Positions 13,201 to 27,300 of a DNA stretch of 64,000 bases are shown piece after piece. The DNA is from Antedon mediterranea (taxonomy: Eukaryota; Animalia; Echinodermata): positions 28,830,001 through 28,894,000 of the forward strand of contig NC_092674.1 of NCBI RefSeq assembly GCF_964355755.1, read 5' to 3'. The notes under the pieces were generated by a model. That model worked only from the letters and a program-made list of their open reading frames with translations. It was not told the origin of the DNA and searched no databases. How positions within the stretch are numbered: position 1 is the stretch's first letter; every line of letters starts with the position of its first letter. The translations under genes and the position numbers were made by a program.

Positions 13201-15180
13201 TTTTAAAACAAAAACTGACACAAAGTATAAATATTGTATTCCTCCATGGGCAAACATATGCACATTATATATATTACTAGCATATAATTAATTATTGGCC
13301 TGTGAAATTGATCAAAAAATTTTGTTTTTTTGCAAAGAATTACCATCCGAATGAGCAAAGGGTAATTAAAGGTGCCCCATCTCATACAGCAAATATAAGG
13401 AGATATACATTTTCTGTTACTGCTATTATAATATAGATAGTGATGCCCTATAAAGTAATGGAATGACCCGGAAATGTAGGTTCAACAATTGTGTATCAGG
13501 AAAGAAACAATTATGCATTGTATTTAAAATGAACAATTGAATGTTGTTTCGTTTTTCGAAATTATTATTATCGCCTATTAGTTAGTCGTACCTGGATAAT
13601 ATTTTACAAAAATTCCATATGTTGTTTATAAATTAAACAGGTTTAATGCCATTTCCTGCGGAAATTACGGCTTACCGAGTTGTAACAATTAAAATCTCTA
13701 CCTGTCAAAAGCACAAAAGATCAGGTATTCCTAATTTGGAAGGAGTGAGCGTGTTCCTTAATGGCCAATCACAGAACAGAAGTGGGTGTATTAAATCAAC
13801 CAATCACAAATGGGTATCCAAAGTACAGGGAAATAGAAGAGTGAGCTCCTCATGGATTTGTAGTATAAGTTTATACTCAATTCAACATGAAACGGATGAG
13901 AGTTTAACCTTACCCTGGATAGGGCTATCAGGGGTTTTTCCAAGTACCTCATACACCTAAGTGAAGCACTAAATATAAAATATATAGGCCTACAAATGAA
14001 GCTAGGGAATTTACTTTATTTCTCTGAAACAAAAGGGTCCACTAATGTTTGATAAAATCGAATACAGATTACTTCAATTTTGTTTTCAGTTTCATTTATA
14101 CTATCTTATTTATCTGAATACCTGTTTGTGCTATATTAAATATGAGATTATCAAACCAATTACTACTCCTTTATTTGCATCAATATTATAAACTTATATT
14201 ATTAAGAAGTTTGTAAGTAAATAAAACAAAATATTAAGTATTATTTACTTTGCAAGGATAGTAAGAAACAATCTTTCATTTGAAACTATTGAAAACTGAC
14301 GATAAAAACCAATTTAACATTTTTCAAATACAAATTGAATCAAATTGCATTAAGATTAAGAGATAAAATATAAGTTAAGTGCAAACAAAATTGTGGAAGT
14401 CAATTATATATTATAAATTTCTTTAAAAAGTGCTATCATGTCAGATGTATTTAACTTTGTTAAATTAATTAGATATACATTAAACATGATTAGAATTAAT
14501 TAAATTAACTTTTTTTTAAATTTTAAAATGGTCTAGTTTGATTTGTATTGTATGCAAATATTTATTGACTTAGTATTTAAAGAAAATATCACACTAAGTG
14601 TAATTTATAAGTATTTAACTGATATTATAAAATGTATTAGTAGACCAAAATGGAACTACCATTCAATGTTTTCTTTTAAGCAGTACAAAAACTAAATTAT
14701 AATACATACATAGTTCTATACCAACATACTATTCAATCATTAATATATAATAGGTTTTCCATTCACCTAAAACAAATGCGTCAATCTGGAAGACAATAAT
14801 TGACACACACACGACCTAAGGTCATTCCAGTAACCTCTGGCCTCTAGAAAGACACAAACTGAAAATACTAACACAAACCACCATTTAGTAATTTAGTTTC
14901 TCAATATATTTTTTTTACAATTATTGTACACAAATACATTTACACTATATATGCTGTATGTTTGTTCGCCAGCCTGCTGGACACACAATGAACACTGAGC
15001 ATATATAACAGATTAGTTGGCTAACAACAGCCACTGTCCAGTCAGTTATCAGGGCTGGCTTAACCTGCACTGTAGGGTTAGATCAGCCTTAAAACTCCCA
15101 ATCAGGGCTAGACCTGCTAGGGGGGTTTACACAAGCCCCAACCAGCTTTCAAAAATTGCATCAACCAATTTATCCAATCT

Positions 15181-15353
15181 TCAATGGCGCTTCATATGAA
15201 GTGCTAAATGGTCGGATCTTGAAAACGCCCTCTCGCATTGAGGGCACTTGAACGGCTTGTCACCTGTGTGTTTTCGGTAGTGCCGTGTGAGTTCGTCGGA
15301 GCGGGCAAAACACCAGTGGCAGCCATTCCATGTACATTTGTATGGTTTTTCAC
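15181..15353 (-). CDS. KLF12: KLF last exon, C2H2 fingers 2-3 and stop
   Basis: Acceptor tcttcag|GT; reads [57 protein letters not shown]. Confidence 0.97.
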
Positions 15354-18300
15354 CTGAAGAAAAAAAAACTAATTTTACTCTTTGCCAAAACAATATGTGC
15401 AGCTTTAGATTTATTTACTGGTATATCTTTATTCAAAAAATGAAACAACAAATTTTCAAAATATTCATAAAATATAGCAGCATATAGAGACGCATGCGTC
15501 CCAAGCTGAATTGCATTTCATGATAACATAAAACAAGTGATAACAATTTAAAAAAAAGGGGGGATCGAAGGGCGCAACTCACAAATTAAATTCGTTGATT
15601 AAGTTAATCAAATAAGGTAGAGGACGCTTTGTAGTTTTATCAATAATACTTATGTAAGAAAATGGGTAAACATTATATACAGTAAAACCCCTTCCTTTTG
15701 GCCATCCCTATTCAGCAGACACCCTTAATCAGGGGATACCCATAATAAAGGGGCACTTTCAGTGAAATGGGTCGAAAATATATGTTCTAACACTAAATCT
15801 GTATTCAGAGGGCACTCCAATTAAAAGACTTGTTGGGTCCTAAGAGTATAATAAAATAAGAAAAAATAAAAATTGGGCATTTTATGGATTTAAAATCTAT
15901 AGACGAGAATAGTAAAAATCACTAAAGCATGGCTTTAGCCTAAGGAATTGTATTTAATAATAAAGACTACCCAGAATATACAATAACTAGTAGACAGGTA
16001 GACAAAAAAACCACAAAGGTTCTATCCGCACAAAAAGATTAAGATTCAATTTATGTTTGTGTAATTGCTCACGCTATCATATCAACAACCTTCATCTCTC
16101 GGTTTGGCTACTCAAGAATTATGACAATACAAAACGTATCTTGATATGTGATAAAAATGAAGGTTGCAAAAGTAGTAATTTAAAATCTTTATTGTTAAAT
16201 ACTAATCTGACTGATTATTAGCTCATGAATATTCATTAGATTAGACCCGAGTAAAGTACTTTTAATTTGATCATAACTATTGTTAGAAACCCAGACTAAG
16301 GACCTCGGCGTAATCCCCAGAAAGTCAACAACAAGGTTCAATGGAAACCCTGTAAAATAAAAACTGATCGTATAATCTCTAAAATAACTGCGTCTGACGT
16401 CACACAAAATTAACAATAATAAAGTACTTGACACTGTAGGCATTTGTTAACACTACGTTTAGTGCCGTTTCAATAATTAAAATTAATTGATATTTTCTCG
16501 TCGACCAAATTGTGACAGAAATTAAATTCCTGTTTTGTAATTATGCGTACAGAAGTATCGTGCGAAGTTGGGTAAAAGCTTTATCGATACTTATAGGGTC
16601 AAGGGTCATTGACACGGCTGGAATGAATATCACTAGGGTTATAAGACAGATACTATTACTAACACCTTAGAGGTAATAACATACCATGCATGAATAATTT
16701 ATATGAGGATTTGTTATGGCATAATGGAGCTGTGCAGTTTTAACAATAGCGAGTGTCTAGCTCAACAATATACCTGATCACATTACTTATCAACGCAGGG
16801 CTTGTGACAGCAGGGGGACATAGAAAGCAAAACAACGTTACAGGCCCTTGATTAGGTACAGTAGTCAATCACAGAATTTGTCTTTCAACATCGGCCTAGA
16901 ATATACAGTTTATTGTCCAAGCACATCATAAATTGAAAAATAGGGTTGGTCGGTTGGTAGGATTTTTTTAGTAGTAGTCTAAAAAAATACTACTATTACT
17001 GAACCAAAATCTAAAATGTAGAGGCGTAATAATAATGCAATAATCTAACTTAGACGAAAAAAAAAGCATGGAATCATGATATATTTGAATACATTAAAAA
17101 AATATGGAGTGGTTTAGCTGGGTTTGCAATTTACTTTGCGTACTGTGTGCTTACTTTATACACAGCTAAAATGACATTGTTAAGGCTCTGTCCTCACTAT
17201 CAAACTAGTTTGAGATGTGCACAAATATGGAAATCATCATGTCCATATGGGCACATCACATTTTTTTGTCAAATACTGCTTGATAGTATAGACAGAACTT
17301 AACACGTACACTGTACTTTTAAACATCAAATTGTGCAAAACCTTAAACTTGTCCAGGGTCTCACTTTACTTATATACCGCCTACACACTACACCTAAATT
17401 ACACATTGCATGTCTAACCACTATCAAAAGCCATAATATTAATAAGCTATTGGCTTAGATTGTTATTAAAGAAACTGAGATCAAAATAAATATGGTATTA
17501 AATAAAATAAAGGGATTACACTACAAAAAAGTATATTTCCAGTTATTTATTTACTGCAACATTTTTTTTTTCTCATGCAAGTTATTAAAGCCATCTATAT
17601 TTAGTACTTGGAAATTATTATCCAGGCATTATTAATTTTTCATTGCATGAAAACATACACCAAAACAACTAAAAACGATTTAACCACAAACACCTAATAT
17701 TAATACTTAGTATTGCATTGTTAAAAAATAAGTAACCCTAACAAACATACTGGGATGTACTGTAGATTGTGAAATCTAGGAATGGGCACAAACAAATTTA
17801 GGGTGGGTGTACTTTACTAGGCTATGTTAAAATTAGGCTTAGTAGAAGTGCTTAAAGTTCTGTCTACACTATCAAATTTTATGTGACAAAAAAATGTGAT
17901 GTGCCCATATATGGACACGATGATGACATATGACTACCATATTTGAGCATATCACTACCATATTTGGATTTGGTAGTTGTCAAACTAGTTTGACAGTGTA
18001 GACAGAGCTTAACAATAACTCACCAGTATGTGTGCGCCTGTGTGCCTTGAGATGAGAGCTTTTTGTGTAAACCTTATTGCATCCCTCGAAATCACATAGA
18101 TGTATACGTTTGCGTGTGAGGTTCGTGGATCGTGGTACGGTGCTCGTGCTCGTTTCACTGATTGTGCTTCTGTGAGAGTTGGCTGGCCATTGCGGTCTAT
18201 AAACACAAATGTAAACAAAAACCTGATTTACAAAAATACAGTTGTCTACATTGGATAAAATCTGTATGCTTCATGATGTAAATAAAAAGAAAAAAAATTT

Positions 18301-21300
18301 TAATAAAAATAAAAAAATTTTAAATATAAAGAAAAAAAAGTTTAAATAAAACTAAGGAGTGTGATTGGTTGAGGAACTTCTTAAGGTCATCCTTAAAGAT
18401 CTTTCTTTTATAAGTTCACTCCAATTAGAAATCAATTTAAGAGGTATGTTGATATAAAGTTCTAACAATGATATCATATCACTACCATATTTGGGTATAT
18501 CACCACCGTATTTGGGTATATCACCACCGTATTTGGGTATATCACCACCGTATTTGGGTATATCACCACCGTATTTGGGCACATCACACTTTTTTGCCAA
18601 ACTAGTTTGATAGTGTAGACAGAGCTTAAGTTCATTTACTCAAACAGATCATATCTTTTTGGAACTTTTATTGGTCCTTTCAAAATTGGTATTGCTATAT
18701 TGTTAATTTGTACTTTTATGACCTATCTTAACAACAAATCTAACATTTGCAGATTGACTATTTGAAATTTTAAAACTTTTAAATTAAATTATTGTCTAAA
18801 TTCTGTGAAAGAGACATCGGTACGACCTAGTTTGATTTGTTACAGGCGGGGGCGAACCACACTACATGTAGGCGTTGTACAGAGCATTGTACACTGCGTT
18901 CTCAATATCGAGTGTGGGTGGTAAAATAGTACTTTTCAATATTGTTTATTGAAAAGTTAGCTGGGTACAAAACAAAAGTATTATAAAAAAATTTGTAAAG
19001 GTTGTGGGTCTTTAATGGTGAAATACAGACTGTAAAGAATGGATGAATGAACTGTATGTATACTAAACCTGCACTTGATATGTTAGGCAAACATTGGAAA
19101 AGTGATTCATAAAAGTAAGGTCATTAATTTAACCTAGTTCCTAATTAATAATACCTCAGAAACAGTTATTTCAAGGAATTCATAAAAAAACATTATAATG
19201 TTGTGCTGTTTTAAACCTTTTTGCGTCCAAATGAAAGTTTTAAACTGTATTCAGCATTTTGATATTATCTATAATCTCAATGCCGGACACCTTTGGACTG
19301 GTCAAATATGTCTGGTTTTCCAGAAAGTCTGGTATTCGGAATGTGTTTTTAACGATAAAAATGAATTTGGGACTGATTGGACAAGAAAAAAGTCTGGTAT
19401 TGGGAGAGTTTCCTTTTTTAAGAAAGTCTGGTATTGAGAGATTTGACTATATACAGACAGATTGATTTGACTAGACCCTAAAATATCAACCACCAAGCAA
19501 GAGCCAATTTGAATTTTCAAAATGTTGAGGTGGTTAGCTGGAAGCAAAACAAAGGAAATCACTTCAACGGTCTGAAACGTTTAATCGAGTTGATGTAATC
19601 CGCAGCAAGAGAATTGCAATCAAGACAGCTCATATTATCAACTACAGTATAACCACTACTAAGGGATACAGTACCCTTTAACCATAGTGTTAAAACATAT
19701 ATTTCTTTTTTGTTTCATAAGAAAATGTCTCTTTAATAAGTCTTTCCCCTTAATAAAATGTGTTTCTAGTTATCTCCATGACACTTACGGCGCTACTTGT
19801 TCCAGTGATATGAGGGCGCTTGCTCCTGTTCTGTTAACAGTGTCGAGCGTAACTGTTGGGTAATCGTCTCCTTTACTTGCATGGATTGGTCGAGGTGTGA
19901 CAACTATGGCACTGGCTCTCATATCTGTAACAATGTAATAAATAGTTGGTTAGTATTTTTTTAGATAGGAAGTGAATTTAGTAGGACCACAAAAGAAAAC
20001 CAGACTTTTCTTGAGGTCTCAAATTTATTCTTAAGCTCTGTCTACACTATCAAAATATGGCAGTGATATGCTTAAATATGGTGGTGATATGACATCATCA
20101 TGTCCATAAATGGGCACATCACATTTTTTTGTCCCATAAAGTCTGATAGTGCGGACAGAGCTTCACCATTAAACCACATTCAGAATACTGTACCAGACTT
20201 TAAAGAAAGTCAGACATATTAGTCCAGACCAGCGGTGTGCGGTATCGGGAGAGTTTACTAAATATTTATTTTTGTGTAACCGCATTCATTTAATCAAAAT
20301 CTTACTGAAGTACCCATTTTCCAAAAATTAATAACTAATCCCTGTTATTGTCTTTTCAAAAATACAACTAGAAAAAAATTATCAGTTTTAATATACAGTG
20401 CACCATTTTGTGCAGATCTGCATTCAAATTAACATGGTTTAACAGTAGGCCTACAGTAGATGAAGTCGATAGGCTATAGTTTGTTATGTTTCAAATGGTA
20501 TTAAGTACACAAAGAAACAAGTGCCTAAGGACTTATTCCATGTCAATTCAACTAAAATATTTCAAACATAGAAATCACATTTCAAAAAGGTTTTGTTCAA
20601 AAGAAAACTGTTGAAAGAATTCCATGGTTGGCTATGTATATTGAATGATCTACTTTGGCATTGAAAATATATTGTACTTTGTTATTCAATAGAGTTGAAC
20701 AACATCCTAAATAATATAACATAAAGAACGCATAATGAATGCACTGTAGTGTATGATTAAAAAAAACACTCTTTCACTCTTATATAATACTTCTTGGTTT
20801 TTTTAAAGTTAAAATGAAGGACACCCTCAATTTATAGAAGATACATTTGTTTCTAAAAGAAAATAGAGAGGGCAGCAGATCTATTTTAATACTTGTCAGA
20901 CGATCATTATCAAAATATCGTACATTAGCAATGCAGACACTCTACAACACAACGAGAGAAAAAGCAAAAACCCTTCCTTATTATTCTTCTAAATGATCTG
21001 TACTTTTTTTTCTTCTTTTTAAATTTATATAATAAATTTCTTTTAATACATTAACAAATCTAATAATTATTAAAAACAGATCTATTATATACAACTACTC
21101 CATACTACCTAATATTGTTTGTACATTGACAGTATTTAAAACTGCTTGACCTAATACTAAAGAAAATGCATTAAATTAGCATGCTGTGAAAATAACAAAA
21201 CAATTCTTGTTTTAAATTCTATTTTCCTTACCCATCAACTTCTACTGTATCTACAGAAAATAACAAACTTACAATATTTGATTTGGGGATTTTAATAATG

Positions 21301-24300
21301 CTATGTTTGGTTTTTCCACTGAAAATGTTGAATAAGTTAACTCAACAAAAAAATAAATGAAAGCATATTGCCACACAGGGGGAATGTTGATATTTCGGCC
21401 CATATTATTAAAGAATACACATTTTTCTTTCTTTTATTTGTTAAGTTATTAATGAACTGATTTTCTTGAATTTCAATAGGCATGTTTTGTAAATAGGGCC
21501 TATATTATACCTATATACACTGAAATATCAGAATGAAAAACTTGAAAATTGTAGACAAAACAAAGCAAGAACTATTTTGCCAAGTAAAACGTACTTTAAA
21601 TAAGGATATATGTAGAGTACAAAGGTTAACCCAATAAATATTGTAGTTTTGTACCCATTGGTATGCATTTCAATTCGTCGGTTTTCCCAGATGTAAAATA
21701 CAACCATATAAAATCCTGTGTTATTAATACTAATCCTTCCCACTGATCACAACATATACGAGATAATATCAAGCTATAGACCATTCATTTCAACTCAGGG
21801 GAAAAGAACTGGCAATATGCAAATTGTGTTTGTTTCCTTGTCTGGCATAAACATGGATACAATATACCCCGCAGAGGTCAAATTAGGGTCATTAAATACT
21901 AATTATCGTGTGGTGTTTAATATTCATTTTAGAAGCGTTTAAGGAAACACTTGACTTTTGAACTTGTTAAAACCATTTTTGATGTCAGTATGATCTGTTT
22001 TATTTAACATGAGTGAATATAATTGACAAAGGACGTAGAATGACTTTCCAAAACAAGTTGATCAAAATCACATCAGGTGGACAATTCAAAGAAGAAAACT
22101 GAATAAACAACAATATTTATATTTCATTAGAATAGAAAACAACAAAATAAATTCCATAAAATGATAATTGTGTGTAATTGAATCAGAAACTAAAAAATAA
22201 TCAAAAATGTTTTCTATTTCATTTGAAAACAACAAAATTAATTCCATAAAATAATAATTGTGTGTAATTGAAACTAAAAAATAATCAAAAATTAGATGAA
22301 AGAAAATAAATGCCATAAAATTTTGTGTAATAATTGAGACAAATTAATATTCAAAAATTAAAAGAAAATTATTATTTGAAAACAAAGAAAGACATTTCCA
22401 TAAAATCATCATATTGATAAATTGAGACTGAAAAAATAAATTAATGCAAAAAGGTCACAGAATCAATAGGTTATTTATTTTATATTTTCCTTTTAGTTGA
22501 AAAAAAAAAGTTCTTCAAGGTGTGTATATAAATACCGGTACCACCTTTACGGTAATAATGAATTTACAAATCTAAGCAGTTGATATTTAAAATACAGGAC
22601 TTGGAAAAAAAAACTTATATTGCGTTATCTGTTACTTGTTGTGTTGCTTTTCTTATCTTTACAAGTCTTTACAGCACACTTCCTATGCCTTGATATTCAA
22701 TTACCCAAGGGGGGTAGGTTGTCACCCGTTTATACTCTCTTTCATCTCATAGAGCACATACTGTGCCCGTCTTAGTTTTTCAGAAGGGGGTATCCTTGAT
22801 GACTAGTCCTACCGTGTCACTTTCGTTCTATGTCTACTATCAAGCATGTATTCACCAATCTGTTTTTAAATCTCACTCGCAGATAAGCCGATCAAATTTT
22901 GGTCAAAAGCAACGCTGTTTCGATTGTGAGCGTGAAAACCCTGACATAGTTAGTTTGCAGTTCAGGTCCCCCGTGGTGATCTGCGGTGCTCATTCGCAAT
23001 GCCAGCACTAGATCTAGATCACGCGGTTCATCTCCCACGTGGTAGTGTCACAATTTTGAGCTGCCCAAATTTTCGATGCCTCCTTTTTCGGCTCGACAGC
23101 ATATGGTGCATCGTGACTCATAGCAAACGGAATAAGCCATCTCCAAATTTCCGTTTCCCTGTCGCGCTTTCTGCATCATAATCCTTGAATCGCACCCCTT
23201 TGATGAGACGACTGGCTAAGCTTATTTCTCCACTCGGTTAGGATGTTATTATATAGAATAGCGTGACTTATCATTATTGTTTATTGTTTTTCCAAATTTA
23301 CGTTCAAATTTTTGTGTTGCATAAATTATAACATCAGTCAGACAAAACATTAAAATTTAATTAAAACCTCTTATATATATTATAACAATATTTATCATTA
23401 ATATTTATAACATATGTGTGCTTGTTAAATGTTATTAATATTTTACTATTATTGCTATTAATATTTATAACATCAGTGCTGTATTATTTTGTTATTGTTA
23501 TTATCAATTTATAATATATATCAGTACTAATAATTAATTTTTTATGTTAGTATCATTTTTCATTTTTTTACTCTATTTAAAAAAAAAGTACAGTATCTTA
23601 AAAATCTGTTTTTTTTTTAGTTTTTGATTTATAATATTGTAACTGTACCCTTTGAATATAGTTATCTACTATAAAATATTACGTACATGCATACACCCAT
23701 GGTGTAAATATTGAGAAAACTACACACAACAGTACGTCCAGAGGAACGTTGATTGTTGTGAATACACTCAACACAATCCGAATTGAATTAACCCAACTTC
23801 CTGAGACACTAAGTACCTCAAACCTATTTTTACTTTCCAAAAATGTCAAACAAAATAGTTCTAGTCAGATGTGACACTTTGTTTACACAGACAAATTAGT
23901 AACTAATTAAAACATCAGGATACTACTACTATTATAGGTTATGTTCACATGTAAATTTAGTACATTATTACGGTAATAATATAAATCTGTTTAATAAGTC
24001 CTGTCCACATGTATTGTTCAAATAACTAGTTAAATTGTTTTTTGTATTAGTACAATAAGAGTACAAACAATTTGAAACAAATATGAACAGCCAGATTTTT
24101 GTATGATATGATATTAATTATTTTGAAATTTGTTTTGTCATATTAATATAATTGATTTCAAGAAACTAAATATGAAAAGACAACTTGGATGTGTGAAAAT
24201 TAAAAATAATAATTTCAAAATTTATACTAAAATGATTAATTGCAACCAGATGGTTTATCAAGATTAATTTATCAATTTTAAATGAACCAAAAAGTTTTAA

Positions 24301-27300
24301 TATTGAGGCCCAAGAAGATAACAGTTGGTTGACAGTCTGTCTGTTTGAGAGACTGCACAGTCCTCGTTGGCCACCCCCTTCTGACCTCTCAGAGTCTGTA
24401 GGGACAAGTGGCTGCCAATGAGGGCCAGATGTCCCCCATTGAACAATTGTAAAATAGAATTGGTTGTTAACCAGATATATTTGTTCGATAGTTTTTTAAT
24501 TGACTTTTTTACAGTGTTTCATTCACTGATAAAGAAGTTTTTTATTAAAATAATCAATATCAATCAATTAATCAATCAATATCAATATTAACACTTTCAC
24601 CGCCAGGCATTCAATAAAAGAAGTACCCCTCACCGCCAGCCATTTTAGATAAATTTACCTGTTTTTCAAAGCTCATAGCAAAGGTGTTTGTAATCAGAAT
24701 AACATGCAATATACACTCAAATAATGAGATAGAAATAAACTTTCCAATGGTACCAAACACTTTATTGAAATAAAACTGTAATACCACATAATTGTACAAA
24801 GAACTTGGCTCACTTTCAGCACTTTAGGCTCAATCGGAGAACAAAGCAGAGATAATGAGGTTTTTAGCCTGGCTGCACCGTCGACTGTCAGTGTCACGTT
24901 TCTCAAGCTATTCTACAAACTAGTCTAGGCCAGGCTAGCTAAATTATCTCCAATTATTTATTACATTTTATAAACCAGATTTAGGTACAAATATACCTTC
25001 ATCATCTGAGATAATAAATACTCATTTTCAGAGTCAGAGTCGGCAAATATTTCTGCAATTGCTTCGTCCGCAGTAAGCACATTATGTTGTTTACAGATAG
25101 GACGCGATGGCCAACTGGGTCAATGGCACTAGGGGTTAATAAAGTATCAAAATATTTGCGGTCCAGATCGATTTGGATGTTGAAATTTCTATATGCGGTC
25201 CATATATACCTGATCTAACAAATTATGCAATAAAAAGCCAAAGACGGAAATTTCCGTCTTTGGCGGTCTGGCGCTGGGCATCGAAAGACGGAGATTTCCG
25301 TCTTTGGCGGTGAAAGTGTTAAGAACCAATAAAATAATTTTTCTTTTTTCTAAAAAAAATGTATTGGTTCTGTTTAAGTAATTATAACGTTTATGTGTAA
25401 TTTTGTATAGTTTGTATAATTTATTTGTTTTTTAAATAGTAAACAAAAAACGAATTTCCGATATGTTTTATTGGACCAAATAAATGCTGAGAGTGGCGCA
25501 ATATAATTATTATTAAAATTAAATATAAATATAAACCGTCATCTATAACTTTGTTTTAATTCTAATATCATTCACAATTTTGTTAGTACGTTTCTGATAA
25601 ACTACCTATTGTACAGTACCTTATAGTACTACCATATGATCTATGATTTGAAAACAATTGTTAGAATTTAGAGAGAGGTCCAAATTTGATAAATATTTAT
25701 GATGCTACGGTACTATTTATGAGGCAAAAAATATAACAAGTGGGTAGAAATAGGATCTTCTCTAAAGAAATAAAAAAGCTAAAACAAACGTACAATGTTA
25801 CCATGTCAGTAGGACTGCAACTGTAGGCTTTTGAAAACTCTTAAAGCTCTGTCTACACTATCAAACTAGTTCTGACAAAAAGAGTGTGATATTCCCAAAT
25901 ATGGTAGTGGTATGACATCATAATGTCCATATATGGGCACATCACATTTTTTTGTCACATAAAGTTTGATAGTGGAGACAGAGCTTTACTAAATATGTCT
26001 TATAGCGGGCTGAAATGTATTCCTCAAAGTAGCCGAATATCAGTCAGGTTAATACAGAATTTAAAGAACCATCAATGTCACAAAGAAGTTACAACCATGA
26101 TTATTAATTGTCACCAGTGTCTGCAGTTAACCCATATTAATTGTCACCATGCAATGAACTGGTGTGACAAAAAGGTGAAAACCCTAAACAGGCATTTTAA
26201 CAAAAAAATTAAATGGTTGTTGACAAATGTGAGACCACATGTTCTGCGATCGGTGAGAGATTTTCAAAAGGGGTAACCAGCGGACTATTTGCATGGCATC
26301 GAAAGCGAATCTAATTAGTTTTTGTGGTCAGCGACTTGATCACGTTGTACATCATGACTCTGCAAAGTGAACGTTTCGATTCCAAAAACAGAGTTTCACT
26401 TTGCCTCATTAAGGGGTACGACAGCTGAGTGTGCGCTGGAAGACAGCCAGTAAGCAGGGGAGCGTTCGCCTACCCCTCTTCTTATCCTTCAGTTGATCAA
26501 AGGGAAAGGGTGGATAATACTGATAAGAGCTAGAGGTAAACGCTTTTAAGCATTTTATCGGTCGGCGTTAACTCGGCATAATAAAACGCCCGATCATGCA
26601 GGCATTTTGATAGGGGAAGGAAGATAAGATCGTTCATCTGTTTTCTTATCGTGACATATATGGTGACATTTGACAGAAAGTTTAACCTGCAAATGTAATT
26701 ATTCAATTTAATGTATTAAGCTAGGCTCTGCAACCTTGCATGTCACAGAAGGGTCTTCCACTGTGTTGAAGTACTATGCTTATAAATAAACAAACTATTT
26801 CAGTAGTAACTATGTTCACAACAAAAGCAAGTAGTAAAACATTAGTCATCTAATCATAGTATTAGTATTTAGATCATAAAAATTAATCAAATATTTAGAG
26901 GTACAGTATAGGATATGCTACTGTATGCAAGTCTTAAAAACTATGTTCGTTTAAATACATCATTTCTTCTGGTTTAATATTAAACTACTGAACTGTATTC
27001 TTTCATATTTTGTAAGAAAAATTAATATTAAGATCTGTCTACAATATAAAACATCATAAAAAATGTGTGATGTGCCCAAATATGGTAATGACAACACTGA
27101 TATGACATCATCATGTCCATATATGAGCACATCATATGTTGTTGTCACATAAGGTTTGATAGTGTAGACAGAGCTTTAAAGATATTCAGAGTTTCTTTCA
27201 GTCTTTTTTAAGTGAGATGTAGTGGTCATACCATACTTATATACGGAAAGAGATACAACTGTACTTACTGTCTTCCCTTGGTAATGTTGTATAGCCGTAA

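Noticed and set aside
18009-18218. Listed 69-aa ORF
   Set aside because: Wrong frame; the real exon here encodes KLF finger 1 in another frame.
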